Source of the DNA: Bacteroidota bacterium
Lineage (GTDB): Bacteria; Bacteroidota; Bacteroidia; Bacteroidales; CAIWKO01
Reading direction: 5' to 3'
Assembly: GCA_037133915.1 (NCBI GenBank)
Contig: JBAXND010000005.1
Coordinates: forward strand, 488 to 64,487
Length of the DNA stretch: 64,000 nucleotides
Position numbers and translations under genes: made by a program. Every line of letters starts with the position of its first letter. The first letter of the stretch is position 1. Of this stretch, positions 1 through 10,100 are shown piece after piece. Under the pieces are notes generated by a model that saw only the letters and a program-made list of their open reading frames with translations, was not told the origin of the DNA and did not search any database.

Positions 1-1100
1 TGTGGTATCATATGGCCCTCAGTGTAAGTACGTCATGGGTTAAATATTATCTGAACGGTTCGCTGGTTGATTCTTTGCCCAACAATAGTTTTACACATTC
101 TACTGGAGGACCAACCAATGCACATTTAGGCTGCAACAGGCTTATCAGTCGCTTTTACAATGGTGTGATGGATGACGTGATGATTTTTGATTGCGCGCTC
201 GATGCTTCTACCATTGATTCTATATATAATGGTGTAGAAACCTGCTTGCTGGCTGATTATCCGCTTGATGGAAATGCTTATGATATTGGTGGTTTTGGTT
301 ATAACGGAACCTTGCATGGCGCAACCCTGGTACCGGGTCACAACGGCATTCCCAACACAGCACTGCATTTCAATGGAACGTCTGATTACATCGACCTCGG
401 CTCTGATTTTGATATTCCGGTAAAGACAATCAGCCTTTGGGTTAAACTGGACACTTTTTCATCCGATATGGGCCTGATTTATTCAAGCGATCACGACCTT
501 ACCCAGTACGGAGGAACGGGAATCAACTCAACAAGCAGCGGCGGTAACAACCAGCTTGTGGTAGGAGTGGGAGTTAACTCGATATTCTCTCCTGAGAAAT
601 CAATAAATACCTGGTACCATCTTGCACTTACGGCAGGACCGGTTTGGCTGAAATTCTATATCAATGGTGTGCTGTTTGATTCTATAGTCAACAACAGTGT
701 GTCTCATTCTACCGGGGGATGTTCCGCGGCTCACCTTGCTTGTAACAGGCTTCATACGCGCTTTCTGAAGGGCAGCATCGACGATGTGAAAATATTCAAA
801 TGTGAGTTAAGCCATGATGAAATAGCACAGTTATTATTATCAACAGACATGCCGCTTGCCGGAACTTCAACGATGAGCGTTTATCCAAATCCGGCTGAAG
901 ATAAAATAACCCTTGAAGTGCCTGCATTCAAAGGTTGTGCAAAAGCGTCCATTTACAATATGCAGGGACAGTTGATTCTGCAGAAAACAATCACCGGTGA
1001 AAAAACTGAGATGGAACTTAACGGCTGTGCAAGCGGAATATATGTGCTTACATTATCTGACGGCATCAACACGTCAGTTAAGAAATTTATTAAGCAATAG
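1..1100 (+). CDS. LamG / concanavalin-A-like lectin repeat protein with T9SS C-terminal sorting domain (5' end lies outside the window)
   Basis: The reading frame is open back to base 3 (WYHMALSV... mirrors the internal repeat TWYHLALTAG...). The HSTGG..AHL.CNR......DDV.IF unit is repeated. The C-terminus VYPNPAEDKITLEV...GIYVLTLSDG...KKFIKQ is a typical Por_Secre_tail CTD. Confidence 0.75.
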   Translation, partial: WYHMALSVSTSWVKYYLNGSLVDSLPNNSFTHSTGGPTNAHLGCNRLISRFYNGVMDDVMIFDCALDASTIDSIYNGVETCLLADYPLDGNAYDIGGFGYNGTLHGATLVPGHNGIPNTALHFNGTSDYIDLGSDFDIPVKTISLWVKLDTFSSDMGLIYSSDHDLTQYGGTGINSTSSGGNNQLVVGVGVNSIFSPEKSINTWYHLALTAGPVWLKFYINGVLFDSIVNNSVSHSTGGCSAAHLACNRLHTRFLKGSIDDVKIFKCELSHDEIAQLLLSTDMPLAGTSTMSVYPNPAEDKITLEVPAFKGCAKASIYNMQGQLILQKTITGEKTEMELNGCASGIYVLTLSDGINTSVKKFIKQ

Positions 1101-1163
1101 GGTTTGCTAAGTGCTTCTTGGAGCCGGTTTTTCAAGAACCGAACACAATGATTGGTCTTTAAT

Positions 1164-1194
1164 AAAAAAAAAGCGTTGCAAATGCAGCGCTTTT
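1164..1194. terminator. Bidirectional hairpin terminator between the LamG gene and the tRNA-Gln unit
   Basis: An A-run, the stem AGCGTTG/CAGCGCT (one G-U pair) and a T-run: aaaaaaaaagcgttgcaaatgcagcgctttt. Confidence 0.6.
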
Positions 1195-1197
1195 CCT

Positions 1198-1215
1198 TGT
1201 TGTCCCGCTAGGGGT
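1198..1215. repeat. 18-nt direct repeat TGTTGTCCCGCTAGGGGT, a copy of the tRNA-Gln 3' end (second copy at 1293-1310)
   Basis: Exact 18/18 match read directly from the sequence. The copy at 1293-1310 covers the 3' acceptor strand and part of the T-arm of tRNA-Gln. Confidence 0.85.
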
Positions 1216-1256
1216 TCCGCCGAAGGCGGACAGGCTTCTCCCCCTGGATGCAGGAT

Positions 1257-1288
1257 AAAAAAAAGAGCCACACTTTCGTGCGGCTCTT
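1257..1288 (-). terminator. Rho-independent terminator immediately after tRNA-Gln
   Basis: The minus strand reads GCAAGAGCCGCACGAAAGTGTGGCTCTTTTTTTT, a GC-rich stem followed by a run of 8 T. Confidence 0.7.
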
Positions 1289-1294
1289 GCCATG

Positions 1295-1367
1295 TTGTCC
1301 CGCTAGGGGTCGAACCTAGACTCTTCTGATCCAGAATCAGACGTGTTGCCAGTTACACCACGGGACA
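1295..1367 (-). tRNA. tRNA-Gln (anticodon CUG), 73 nt, no encoded CCA
   Basis: Manual cloverleaf fold. Acceptor TGTCCCG/CGGGACA with a U1:A72 pair, D-arm GTGT-AACTGGCA-ACAC, anticodon arm TCTGA-TTCTGGA-TCAGA (CTG at positions 34-36), variable loop AGAGT, T-arm CTAGG-TTCGACC-CCTAG, discriminator A. Confidence 0.9.
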
Positions 1368-1379
1368 ATAAAACCGCTG

Positions 1380-1387
1380 CAAAAATA
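1380..1387 (-). promoter_or_regulatory. Candidate Bacteroidota -7 box (TATTTTTG) for tRNA-Gln
   Basis: Matches TAnnTTTG and ends 12 nt upstream of the mature tRNA 5' end. Confidence 0.35.
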
Positions 1388-1471
1388 TAAAACTTTTATT
1401 TGCTGCGGCGAAAAAAGTTGCCTTTTTTTTAAATGCCTGGCAGATAGTGGTTCTTATATGTAATTCGTCAA

Positions 1472-3181
1472 TTACTTACCCTTTTTTCCGGCATCCTGAA
1501 TGTTTGTCCAGGCACTTTTTAGGGTTACGGTACGGTTTAACACAAATTTATCCGCTGTTGTGTCGCTATCCACACAGAAATATCCAACCCGCTCAAACTG
1601 CAATCTGGCTCCGGCTGAAAAGTTCTTAATATGCGGTTCTGCAAAGGCTGTTACCACTTTTAGCGATGCCGGATTCATATTCACCTTAAAATCAACGCCT
1701 TCGGGAACATCTTCGGGGTTTTCTTTCGCGAATAACTGCTCATATATGCGTGTTTCCGATTCAACGGCATGCCGGGCCGAAACCCAGTGAATGGTGCCTT
1801 TTACTTTGCGGTTACTCCCCGGCAGTCCGGTGCGGCTGTCGGGGTCATAAGTGCAGTGAACTTCTGTAATATTTCCTTCTGCATCTTTGATAACATCCGT
1901 ACAACGTACAATGCATGCATATTTCAGACGCACCTCATTGCCCGGAGTAAGCCGGAAGTACTTCGGCGGCGGGGTTTCCATAAAGTCGTCCTGCTCAATA
2001 TACAGCACTTTCGAAAATGGTATTCTGCGGTTGCCCTGTTCAGGATTTTCAGGATTGTTCAATGCCTCAAATTCTTCGCTCTCGTTTTCAGGATAATTTG
2101 TTATAACGAGCTTCAGCGGATTGAGTACCGCCATGATGCGCTGTGCCTTTTTGTTAAGGTCTTCGCGCAGGCAATGCTCCAGCAACGCATATTCGATTAC
2201 GTTATCGCGACGAGCCACGCCAATGATTTCTGCAAAATTTCGCAACGATTCGGGCGTGTAACCGCGCCTGCGAAGTCCGCTGATGGTAGGCATACGCGGG
2301 TCGTCCCACCCGTTCACAATGTTTTCCTGAACCAGCTGCAGCAGCTTGCGTTTGCTCATTACCGTATAGCTGAGGTTGAGGCGCGCAAATTCTATTTGCT
2401 GCGGTGCATAGATATCGAGTTCTTTAATAAACCAGTCATATAACGGGCGGTGTACTTCAAATTCAAGTGTGCAGATGGAATGTGTGATGCCTTCAATGGA
2501 GTCGCACTGTCCGTGTGCAAAATCATACATAGGGTAAATACACCAGGTGTTCCCGGTGCGATGGTGTTCGGCATGAAGAATGCGGTACAGCACCGGATCG
2601 CGGAACAGCATGTTGGACGATGCCATGTCAATTTTAGCGCGCAGTGTTTTTGCCCCATCGGCAAATTCACCTTTACGCATGCGGTTAAATAAATCGAGAT
2701 TCTCTTCAATGCTGCGTTCCCGGAAAGGGCTTTCGGTGCCCGGCGTATTCACTGTGCCGCGTGCTGCGGCCATTTCTTCACCCGTCTGGTCGCACACATA
2801 AGCCTTGCCTTTTTTTATCAGTGTTACGGCGTATTGATAAATGGTTTCAAAATAATCAGAAGCATAAAATTCACGATCGTCCCAGTCAAATCCCAACCAA
2901 CGCACATCTTCTTTAATGGAGTTCACATATTCCACATCTTCTTTGGTGGGGTTGGTGTCATCAAACCTGAGGTTGCACAATCCGTTGTACTGTTTTGCCA
3001 AACCAAAATTCAGACAGATTGATTTTGCATGACCGATGTGAAGATAACCGTTGGGCTCGGGCGGAAATCTTGTATGAACTCGTTTCTGATGTTTCTCTGA
3101 ACGGATATCCTCCTCAATAATCTGCTGTATAAAATGCAGTGATGGCTTGTTCTCGACGGGCTTATTTTCGTTATCGTTCAT
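1472..3181 (-). CDS. glnS: Glutaminyl-tRNA synthetase
   Basis: 569 aa with the class I HIGH motif ([14 protein letters not shown]), VMSKR (a KMSKS variant), and overall GlnRS-like N- and C-terminal anticodon-binding regions. Confidence 0.93.
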   Translation of the reverse strand: MNDNENKPVENKPSLHFIQQIIEEDIRSEKHQKRVHTRFPPEPNGYLHIGHAKSICLNFGLAKQYNGLCNLRFDDTNPTKEDVEYVNSIKEDVRWLGFDWDDREFYASDYFETIYQYAVTLIKKGKAYVCDQTGEEMAAARGTVNTPGTESPFRERSIEENLDLFNRMRKGEFADGAKTLRAKIDMASSNMLFRDPVLYRILHAEHHRTGNTWCIYPMYDFAHGQCDSIEGITHSICTLEFEVHRPLYDWFIKELDIYAPQQIEFARLNLSYTVMSKRKLLQLVQENIVNGWDDPRMPTISGLRRRGYTPESLRNFAEIIGVARRDNVIEYALLEHCLREDLNKKAQRIMAVLNPLKLVITNYPENESEEFEALNNPENPEQGNRRIPFSKVLYIEQDDFMETPPPKYFRLTPGNEVRLKYACIVRCTDVIKDAEGNITEVHCTYDPDSRTGLPGSNRKVKGTIHWVSARHAVESETRIYEQLFAKENPEDVPEGVDFKVNMNPASLKVVTAFAEPHIKNFSAGARLQFERVGYFCVDSDTTADKFVLNRTVTLKSAWTNIQDAGKKGK

Positions 3182-3206
3182 AATAATTTCAAATATTTTT
3201 CAGCAA

Positions 3207-3214
3207 CAAAGTTA
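3207..3214 (-). promoter_or_regulatory. Candidate -7 box (TAACTTTG) for glnS
   Basis: TAnnTTTG on the minus strand, 26 nt upstream of the glnS ATG. Confidence 0.4.
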
Positions 3215-3332
3215 CAAATTTCACGACATAATTTGGACAGCAGCGGCAGTTTCGCAACACAAAGCAGGATTTTTTTACCCTTTGTTTTCCTTCACAAACG
3301 GGGTATTGACGAGCTTTTAAGCTATAGCGAAA

Positions 3333-6300
3333 TTATTTTCCGGCAATTACCAATTTCTTTGTCATTACCGTTTCTCCTGTCCGGATAACCATAAAATACA
3401 GGCCATTCCGCAGTCGACTTACATCAAGCACGTGAGTAGTTGCACCATCAAGTGAAACACCGGTTTCTGCTCTTGCAAAAACCTGTTTACCGGTAACATC
3501 ATACAGCAGAATTTCCACAGCATTATCACTCGATGTAACACTGACATAAACCTGTCCGTTTGCCGGATTTGGGTATATGCTGATATTCTGTGATGATGCA
3601 TTGTGCTTAATGCCTGCGGTGTTTATTTCAATATTCTGTGTGATGCTGTCGGCGCCACAGCCGTTATATACGACTTCTTTAATCGTATAAGCGCCGTCGG
3701 TTGCGTAGGTATGTGCAGGGTTTTGCAGTGTGCTGGTATTGCCATCGCCGAAATACCACAGCCATGATGCAGCATTGGTCGACTGGTCGGTAAACGTGGC
3801 AGTATGGCCTGTTATATTTGAAATAAAGGCAGCCGAAGGAGTATTAGAACTTACATTCACAATCGCGGGAATCCTTGCACTTACGCAATTAGGGGTTTGA
3901 AGTTCCCAGTCATAGAAATAATAATAACGCAAATAGGCATTTCCACCTCCTGCATTGCTTCGGTTAATACTTATGTAACCCGGAAGTACGTAAGGATACG
4001 CAAGGTTGGTTGTATTTCGGTACATATTGGGATAGGTAGAACAGAGCAGTTGAAGACCTGTATCGGCGGGTATCGCAAAGTTCAGTGTGACGCGGCTCAT
4101 CCCGGCAGGAATATTAACCGTGGCCGTTTGTAAGGTAGTGCCACCACTATTCACTAAAGTGATTGTTCTGCTGGCAGTAGTTTGTGCATTTACCAGAACA
4201 GAAACGAGTGTTAATGGTGTATAACAGTCAAAAATTTCACCATAGGTGCTGTTATTATTAAACATTGTTCCGTTAGAGTTGGTGTCTGGGTTCCCAACAT
4301 ATGCAGGGGCTGAAACAACTGAATTTTCAACATAATAGGTTGTGGTAGAAGTGAGAGTTGGGGTAGTATATGTTGTTCCCGTTGTCAGAATATTGCCTCC
4401 GGTAGCCGCATCATACCATGTTAAGCTTCCGTTGCCTGATGCGTTTAAAACTGCAATGCCTGAAACGCAGAATGAAGTATCAGAAGTTACGGGAGGTTCT
4501 GCGCCGACTGTGATATAATCAATCAGTGTTTCTGTGTCATCTCCGCACACACCGGCCGAGGCCGTAAGTACAACTGTGTATGTGCCCAGGGTTAAATAAT
4601 CATGTGCAGGATTTGCATCGGTCCCGGTGCTGCCGTCACCAAAATCCCATGAATAGGAAAGGGCATTGGCACTGGTATTTGTAAATTGAACGCTTGCAGG
4701 TGCCTGACAAGTGCTGGTGATATCGGCAGTAAAACCCGCACTCACCACTGCATTATTGACTGTAATACTCCGCTGCAGACTGTCGTTATTCGTATTATCA
4801 TCGCTCACACCGTTAGGCAGCGACGTATATGTTTTAATCAGGTGAGCACCTGTTGTGAGTGTTATTGCCTGAAAAATCACAGTGTCAGTTGCATATTGTG
4901 CCAGATTTCCGCTCCACGACTGAGACGTAATCACGCCGTCGTAATTGCAGTACAGCGTACAATTTGTAAGTGCCGTTGTACCTAAATTACGAAGAACTAC
5001 TGTTGGCAGTACCGATAGTCCTGAGCATGAATAAACCGATGCGGGCTCTATAATCTGCGCTGTTTGTGCGTCATTCGGAAATGTAGCGGCAATTATGTAA
5101 ACATCGCCCTGATAGGGAACATAGTTGAATGCCGTGGCGGTTACCAGAATTGTGTCAGGATTCATTTGTGCAGGGAAGGTAATATTGGCAATACCTCCCA
5201 CAACATAAGCAGTTCCAATAATCTGATGATGAATAGTAAGACATACGAGTGCGCCTTCAACGTTGCAATTCACCGCGAGACTTGTTTCTCCAAGATTAAT
5301 TTGCGGGCTGTGGGTTACGGTCATGCTCATGGGGTTGGCGGTACGTACCATCAATGACGGGTCGCCGAAAATGTGCCATGTGTCCGTCATATTATAATCT
5401 GAATACAAATCATTCATTTTAAGATTTCCGTTCACACAGATGCCGCCATAAGTGCGTTTGATGTTATTGGTATAAGCCTCGGTGAGTATACTCACCGACT
5501 CGTCTTGCGAAGCCATCGGCGGGTTCCAGCTTTGATTGATACTCGACATAAAGGTTGCGACAGCACCGGCGGGCAGACCGTTGTAAGTGTATCGCATCCA
5601 TGCTTCGGCAAAGCAGGTTCCTGCTGTGAAATTACCGTTCACACAGGCAACCGATAAAATAAATGGCCACATGCTTGTATTAGTAAGGCTGGTCACATCG
5701 GTATTGGCGAAACCTGTCGTTCCCCAGGCATTATCAGCACCATGTCCTGTATAGGTGATGATGCCCGTTCCCGCATTTACATCGGCTGTTACCATGGCGG
5801 GTGTGGGATTTCCGGCAGCGTCGGGCGACGCCTGCGTACCGTCGAACAAGGCCGTTTCGGCAGTATATGTATAGTTCATAAGCTTGGCAAGAATCACCTG
5901 CTGATGCTGGTAATCATATTCATTATTATCGCCCGGTCCCTGATCGGAACCAATCGCTGTGCAATGGTTGAATTTGCCCGGAGTCATGGTTGGCGTAAGC
6001 TCGTATGAAATGCTGCGGTTCACCTGAGTTGTGACCTGTGCAGCATTCTCAGCAGAAAAACGACCTACAAAAATTTCCTGAAAATGATCGTTCCCGACAA
6101 GGTAACCATAGGTAGGGTCGGAGCCTCCGCCGGCAACGGTAAATGTGGGGAGCTGTGCGGCATCGCCCACAAGCAATAAAAAGGTAAGACCGTTGGTGTT
6201 GTAATAATTCGTAACATAAGTTTTAATATTTGTAGCTGTTCCGCCGGCAGTTGTTACACTTACCATTTCTGTTGGGACGCCCTCGTCATTTTTCCAGTCT

Positions 6301-7082
6301 ACAAAAGGCTGCATGTCGCTCATAAATGCATCATAGCAAACCACCAGCATTTTACCATGCTCGCCAAGTGCTGTGTATTTCGGATTTTGCTTGTAATTCA
6401 GGAAGTGTGAATCGTACACGTTCTTAAATTCGGTGTCGATGGCAGTGATTTGTTTTGTGCGGTTAAAAGTATTTGTTCCGCTCAGCCCACCGGCAGATTC
6501 CATTTTAACAACAATTTCTGAATACACTCTTAAAACTTTTGTAACCGGATTGTACTGGAATGGATAAATCATCGCAGCCTGTCCCCTGAAATCCCTGAGA
6601 ATATAAGGATCGTTAAGTGATACCAGATTCCCGGGATAAAAACTGTTTTGAGAATAAACTGCGCCATAAGTATAGGGAACACTTGCCGGATCAATAGTGC
6701 GCAGCAAATTACCTTTCGATGGTGCAATATCAACATTCGGGAAATCGGTATAATTTGATGAAACAATGCTGATTGTCATATTGCCCAAATCAGGGATAAT
6801 AAGAGATGCCGATGCCACCGGAAGGTCGGGAGCACCTGCCTGCTGAATATATCCTGTATTTCCGAGGGCAGGAATTACAGAATTTCCCTGTGGCGTTGTG
6901 ACAGAATTAAGTGAAAACCCACGCAGGTTTATTTTAAAAACGGAGGTAGTTATATTAGATGAGATGAGTTTTATTTTTGCAGGTTCCTGTGTTGCAGAAC
7001 CCATATTTACCCAACTCTGAGCCATTACACTCACGGAAATTGCCAGTATGGCCAATACAATAAAAAATCTTTTCATACACAT
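3333..7082 (-). CDS. Peptidase C25 (gingipain-family cysteine protease) with two PKD repeats and a T9SS C-terminal domain
   Basis: Signal peptide MKRFFIVLAILAISVSVMAQS (start may be the Met at 7076). Family motifs LLLVGDAAQLPTF, the His motif YTGHGADNAWG and the Cys motif LSVACVNGNF. PKD repeats WDFGDGSTGTDANPAHDY and WYFGDGNTSTLQNPAHTY. CTD ISIYPNPANGQVYV...GLYFMVI. Confidence 0.85.
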   Translation of the reverse strand: MCMKRFFIVLAILAISVSVMAQSWVNMGSATQEPAKIKLISSNITTSVFKINLRGFSLNSVTTPQGNSVIPALGNTGYIQQAGAPDLPVASASLIIPDLGNMTISIVSSNYTDFPNVDIAPSKGNLLRTIDPASVPYTYGAVYSQNSFYPGNLVSLNDPYILRDFRGQAAMIYPFQYNPVTKVLRVYSEIVVKMESAGGLSGTNTFNRTKQITAIDTEFKNVYDSHFLNYKQNPKYTALGEHGKMLVVCYDAFMSDMQPFVDWKNDEGVPTEMVSVTTAGGTATNIKTYVTNYYNTNGLTFLLLVGDAAQLPTFTVAGGGSDPTYGYLVGNDHFQEIFVGRFSAENAAQVTTQVNRSISYELTPTMTPGKFNHCTAIGSDQGPGDNNEYDYQHQQVILAKLMNYTYTAETALFDGTQASPDAAGNPTPAMVTADVNAGTGIITYTGHGADNAWGTTGFANTDVTSLTNTSMWPFILSVACVNGNFTAGTCFAEAWMRYTYNGLPAGAVATFMSSINQSWNPPMASQDESVSILTEAYTNNIKRTYGGICVNGNLKMNDLYSDYNMTDTWHIFGDPSLMVRTANPMSMTVTHSPQINLGETSLAVNCNVEGALVCLTIHHQIIGTAYVVGGIANITFPAQMNPDTILVTATAFNYVPYQGDVYIIAATFPNDAQTAQIIEPASVYSCSGLSVLPTVVLRNLGTTALTNCTLYCNYDGVITSQSWSGNLAQYATDTVIFQAITLTTGAHLIKTYTSLPNGVSDDNTNNDSLQRSITVNNAVVSAGFTADITSTCQAPASVQFTNTSANALSYSWDFGDGSTGTDANPAHDYLTLGTYTVVLTASAGVCGDDTETLIDYITVGAEPPVTSDTSFCVSGIAVLNASGNGSLTWYDAATGGNILTTGTTYTTPTLTSTTTYYVENSVVSAPAYVGNPDTNSNGTMFNNNSTYGEIFDCYTPLTLVSVLVNAQTTASRTITLVNSGGTTLQTATVNIPAGMSRVTLNFAIPADTGLQLLCSTYPNMYRNTTNLAYPYVLPGYISINRSNAGGGNAYLRYYYFYDWELQTPNCVSARIPAIVNVSSNTPSAAFISNITGHTATFTDQSTNAASWLWYFGDGNTSTLQNPAHTYATDGAYTIKEVVYNGCGADSITQNIEINTAGIKHNASSQNISIYPNPANGQVYVSVTSSDNAVEILLYDVTGKQVFARAETGVSLDGATTHVLDVSRLRNGLYFMVIRTGETVMTKKLVIAGK

Positions 7083-7129
7083 GAATTTGATTAGGGAAAC
7101 GCAGGATTTGAATTATAGAATATTCCAGA

Positions 7130-10100
7130 TTAATTTATTACAACAAGTTTTGTACTCAATGATTTATCATCTGTTACCAGAACGACTGAATAAATGCCCG
7201 CTTCAAATTGAGAAGCATCGAACAGCAGGGTGTATGTTCCGGCCTGCTTTGTGTGGTTATTCAGTATTGAACGAACTTCACGGCCACGGATATCAAATAT
7301 TTTAAGACTTACCGTCGATGCGGACGCGAGGCTGAATTCCAGACTTGTAATTCCATGCGCGGGGTTCGGGTAACAGCTTAAACGGGTTGCCGTATTTAAC
7401 GCGTTTTTTTCAATTGAGCTGACGGCCATTACCGGCGGAAACATAATAAAGTCAATCCATGCAGCGTCACTGCCGCTCGATGTGCTGTAATCTTTCACAT
7501 ACGACCATTTGAACGTATGAGCGCCTGTTGTTACAGGAAATTCGGCTTTTGCCCATCCAAGCTCACCATCCCAGCGTTGCTGGCTTACACCATCAATAGA
7601 GAAATCCAGAAAATCCCACCAGTCACTATAAACTGAGCCTTGCTCGCACGATACTTTACGGAAAAATGAAATGGTATCAGCCATGGTCACGTTCATAGCA
7701 ATAAATAAATCTGACTGCTGATTATCGCTGATGGTCCCCGATTTATTGCAGTATAATCCTTCGTAAGGATTCACATTACTGACAGACCATGGCGCGCTTC
7801 CTGAAGTTTGCCAGTGGTATTTTGCCATAGTACCGGTTTCCCAGTCTTCCATGGCCTGCCCGATTGGAATAAAATAATCAAGTGCAACAACGCGGCTTCC
7901 AGAAGTCACCGTGTAGGTCAGTTTAACAACAGCGGTATCAGGTACTGTAGGTGAAACGTCAAGCGTGAAAATAGCATCCGCATTGGAAAGTTTATTCAGC
8001 GTGCCGAAATTATGAGTGCCGGTGGTTATAGTGATATACGGACTGTTGGTTGTCAATACGCCCTGTGTTGTCAGTGCATCGGCATGTCCGGTATTCAGCG
8101 TATTGATTATAATGTCAACGGTTTCGCTATGGTCAAGTGAGCCGTTCCCATTGCCCAGAGCCGCATCATCAATAGCGAAATTGCCGATTGCCAGAATCGG
8201 AGCATTCACTTTTAAATCAAAATCAGATGTCCATGAATTGCTGTTATTATCGCTTATTGCGATGTCGAAATGTGCGATATGCTGATCGGGAACTGCGTCT
8301 GCAACATTGAAAACATAGGCTCCTGCTTGTGTTGATGATGTGTTCGAAGCAATGGCTCCATAGGTTTGGGAATTATCAGTGATGGCAATAAAAGCATCGG
8401 CTGATGTAATTGTGGCATTCACACCGTTGGCGGTTGCCGCACCAAAATTCTTCAGTGTAACGTCGAGATTAATAGTATCATTATTATCTACAATTGTGTC
8501 TGATCCGCTTTGGTCAACCGGATGATTTTTTGTGTATAAAACATACGGTCCGGCAGGAGATGCTACAGCCACAGTGCCTACATAAGGTTGCCTGTTCTGG
8601 CAGGTTACCACTACATCAGCTGTGACGGGGATGCCGATAGGCGACAGCGTGATGTTTGCAACACCGTTTGTATCGGCAAGTGCAGCGCCATACAGTACAC
8701 CGGCTTTACTAATCGCGGCATATGCAAAAGGCGCGTTTGTTGTAACGGTAAAGTTAGTTGAACCAAGCGGCATAAGTGAATTATACGCAACCGTCATAGC
8801 ATCGGGAACACCATAATAAATCATCAATGAGGGGTCGCCCATAAGGTGATAAATTTCCCAGTAGTAGTCAGATGAACCACCTGCCTGCATAACTGCCAAA
8901 TCGCCCGCAACCACCATTTGCCCTTGGGTTGTGAACCATTGTGCAAATGATTCGCCATGGTCGTGGAACGTTCTGTCGTAAGCACCTAAGCCAGATGCAT
9001 CGTAAGTTGCGTGCAAGGGTGGGTTGCCTGACGGAAAGGTTCGTGCGCCCACACCCCACCAGTAATCTTCATCCCAATACGTACTGTTTGACCCACCGAT
9101 ATAGCCCACCGAGCCTTTACCACTGGCGCGCAGCAGTGCTTCACCGAAACAAACCGTTTCATCAAATTTGTTTGTCAAACAACAATTGCCCACAAGCAAA
9201 CCATATTTATGATTGTTTGTCAACGAATTTACATCGGTTACCGTAAATGAGGGATTGGAAAATCCGTCGGGCCCGCCATGCGCGGTATAGTTGAGGTAAG
9301 CACAACCGGTACTGACATTTTGAATAATTTGTGAGCTACTGCTTCCGGAAACTGCATAAAGATAGGTGTGGGAAAAAAGGCCGTGAGCCATATTGAAATA
9401 CGTATCGGTCCCGTAATTAATCTGACCGTCGCCGTAGGTAGGTCCGTTAGTCGGATCCTGACCGGCTATCATCACGCAGGTATCAAGATACGACGGGTGG
9501 GGCATCAGGTATTTTTCGTACTCCAGCGTCTTGTCAATTTGGGGCTGCAATTCTGCAACTGAAGTTGCCGAAAACCGTCCATAATAAAGTTCCGGCAGCT
9601 TATCGCCGGTATATTCGCAATAATACAAATCGGATACGTGTGTGCCGGTAGTACCTGCAAAAGCGGGCACCTGAGCAATATCTCCGACAATCAGAACAAA
9701 AGATGGTGCAGGGCTTGAAGGCGTTCCCGCATTGTATAATCCCTGCAAATATGATTTGATAGAAGTCGTAGTTGCTCCAACCAATGGATTATTGGTATAG
9801 GCTTCAATTACAGTAAAACCTTTTTTTGTTTTCCATTGTATGAAGGGCTGCAGTGCCGACTGAAACATCGGGTCGGCAACAATCACATATTTTACCGGGT
9901 ATTGAGTCAGGTTTGATTTTAAATGGTCATTTTTATAGTTAAGAATTTTCGAATATCCCGGTTCAAAATACGGAGAATAAGTGTTTGCTTTTAAAGCCTG
10001 CGTTGCTGCAATATCGGCATTTTCAAACGTTATTTCAATTTCCATAGACGTGCAAACTTTTATAAGTCTGCCTGCCGGATTATATTGTACGGGCGAAATC

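Noticed and set aside
1111-1329. 72-aa plus-strand ORF in the track
   Set aside because: It runs through two terminator hairpins and the antisense of tRNA-Gln, so it is almost certainly not coding.
1769-2443. 224-aa ORF antisense to glnS. Similar long antisense or alternative-frame ORFs occur at 16184-16675, 16799-17302, 24102-24563, 24783-25244, 34545-34976, 46483-46866, 49817-50296, 51389-51808, 53576-53959 and 63517-63912.
   Set aside because: Each lies wholly inside a confidently identified gene on the other strand or frame, and none has recognisable motifs.
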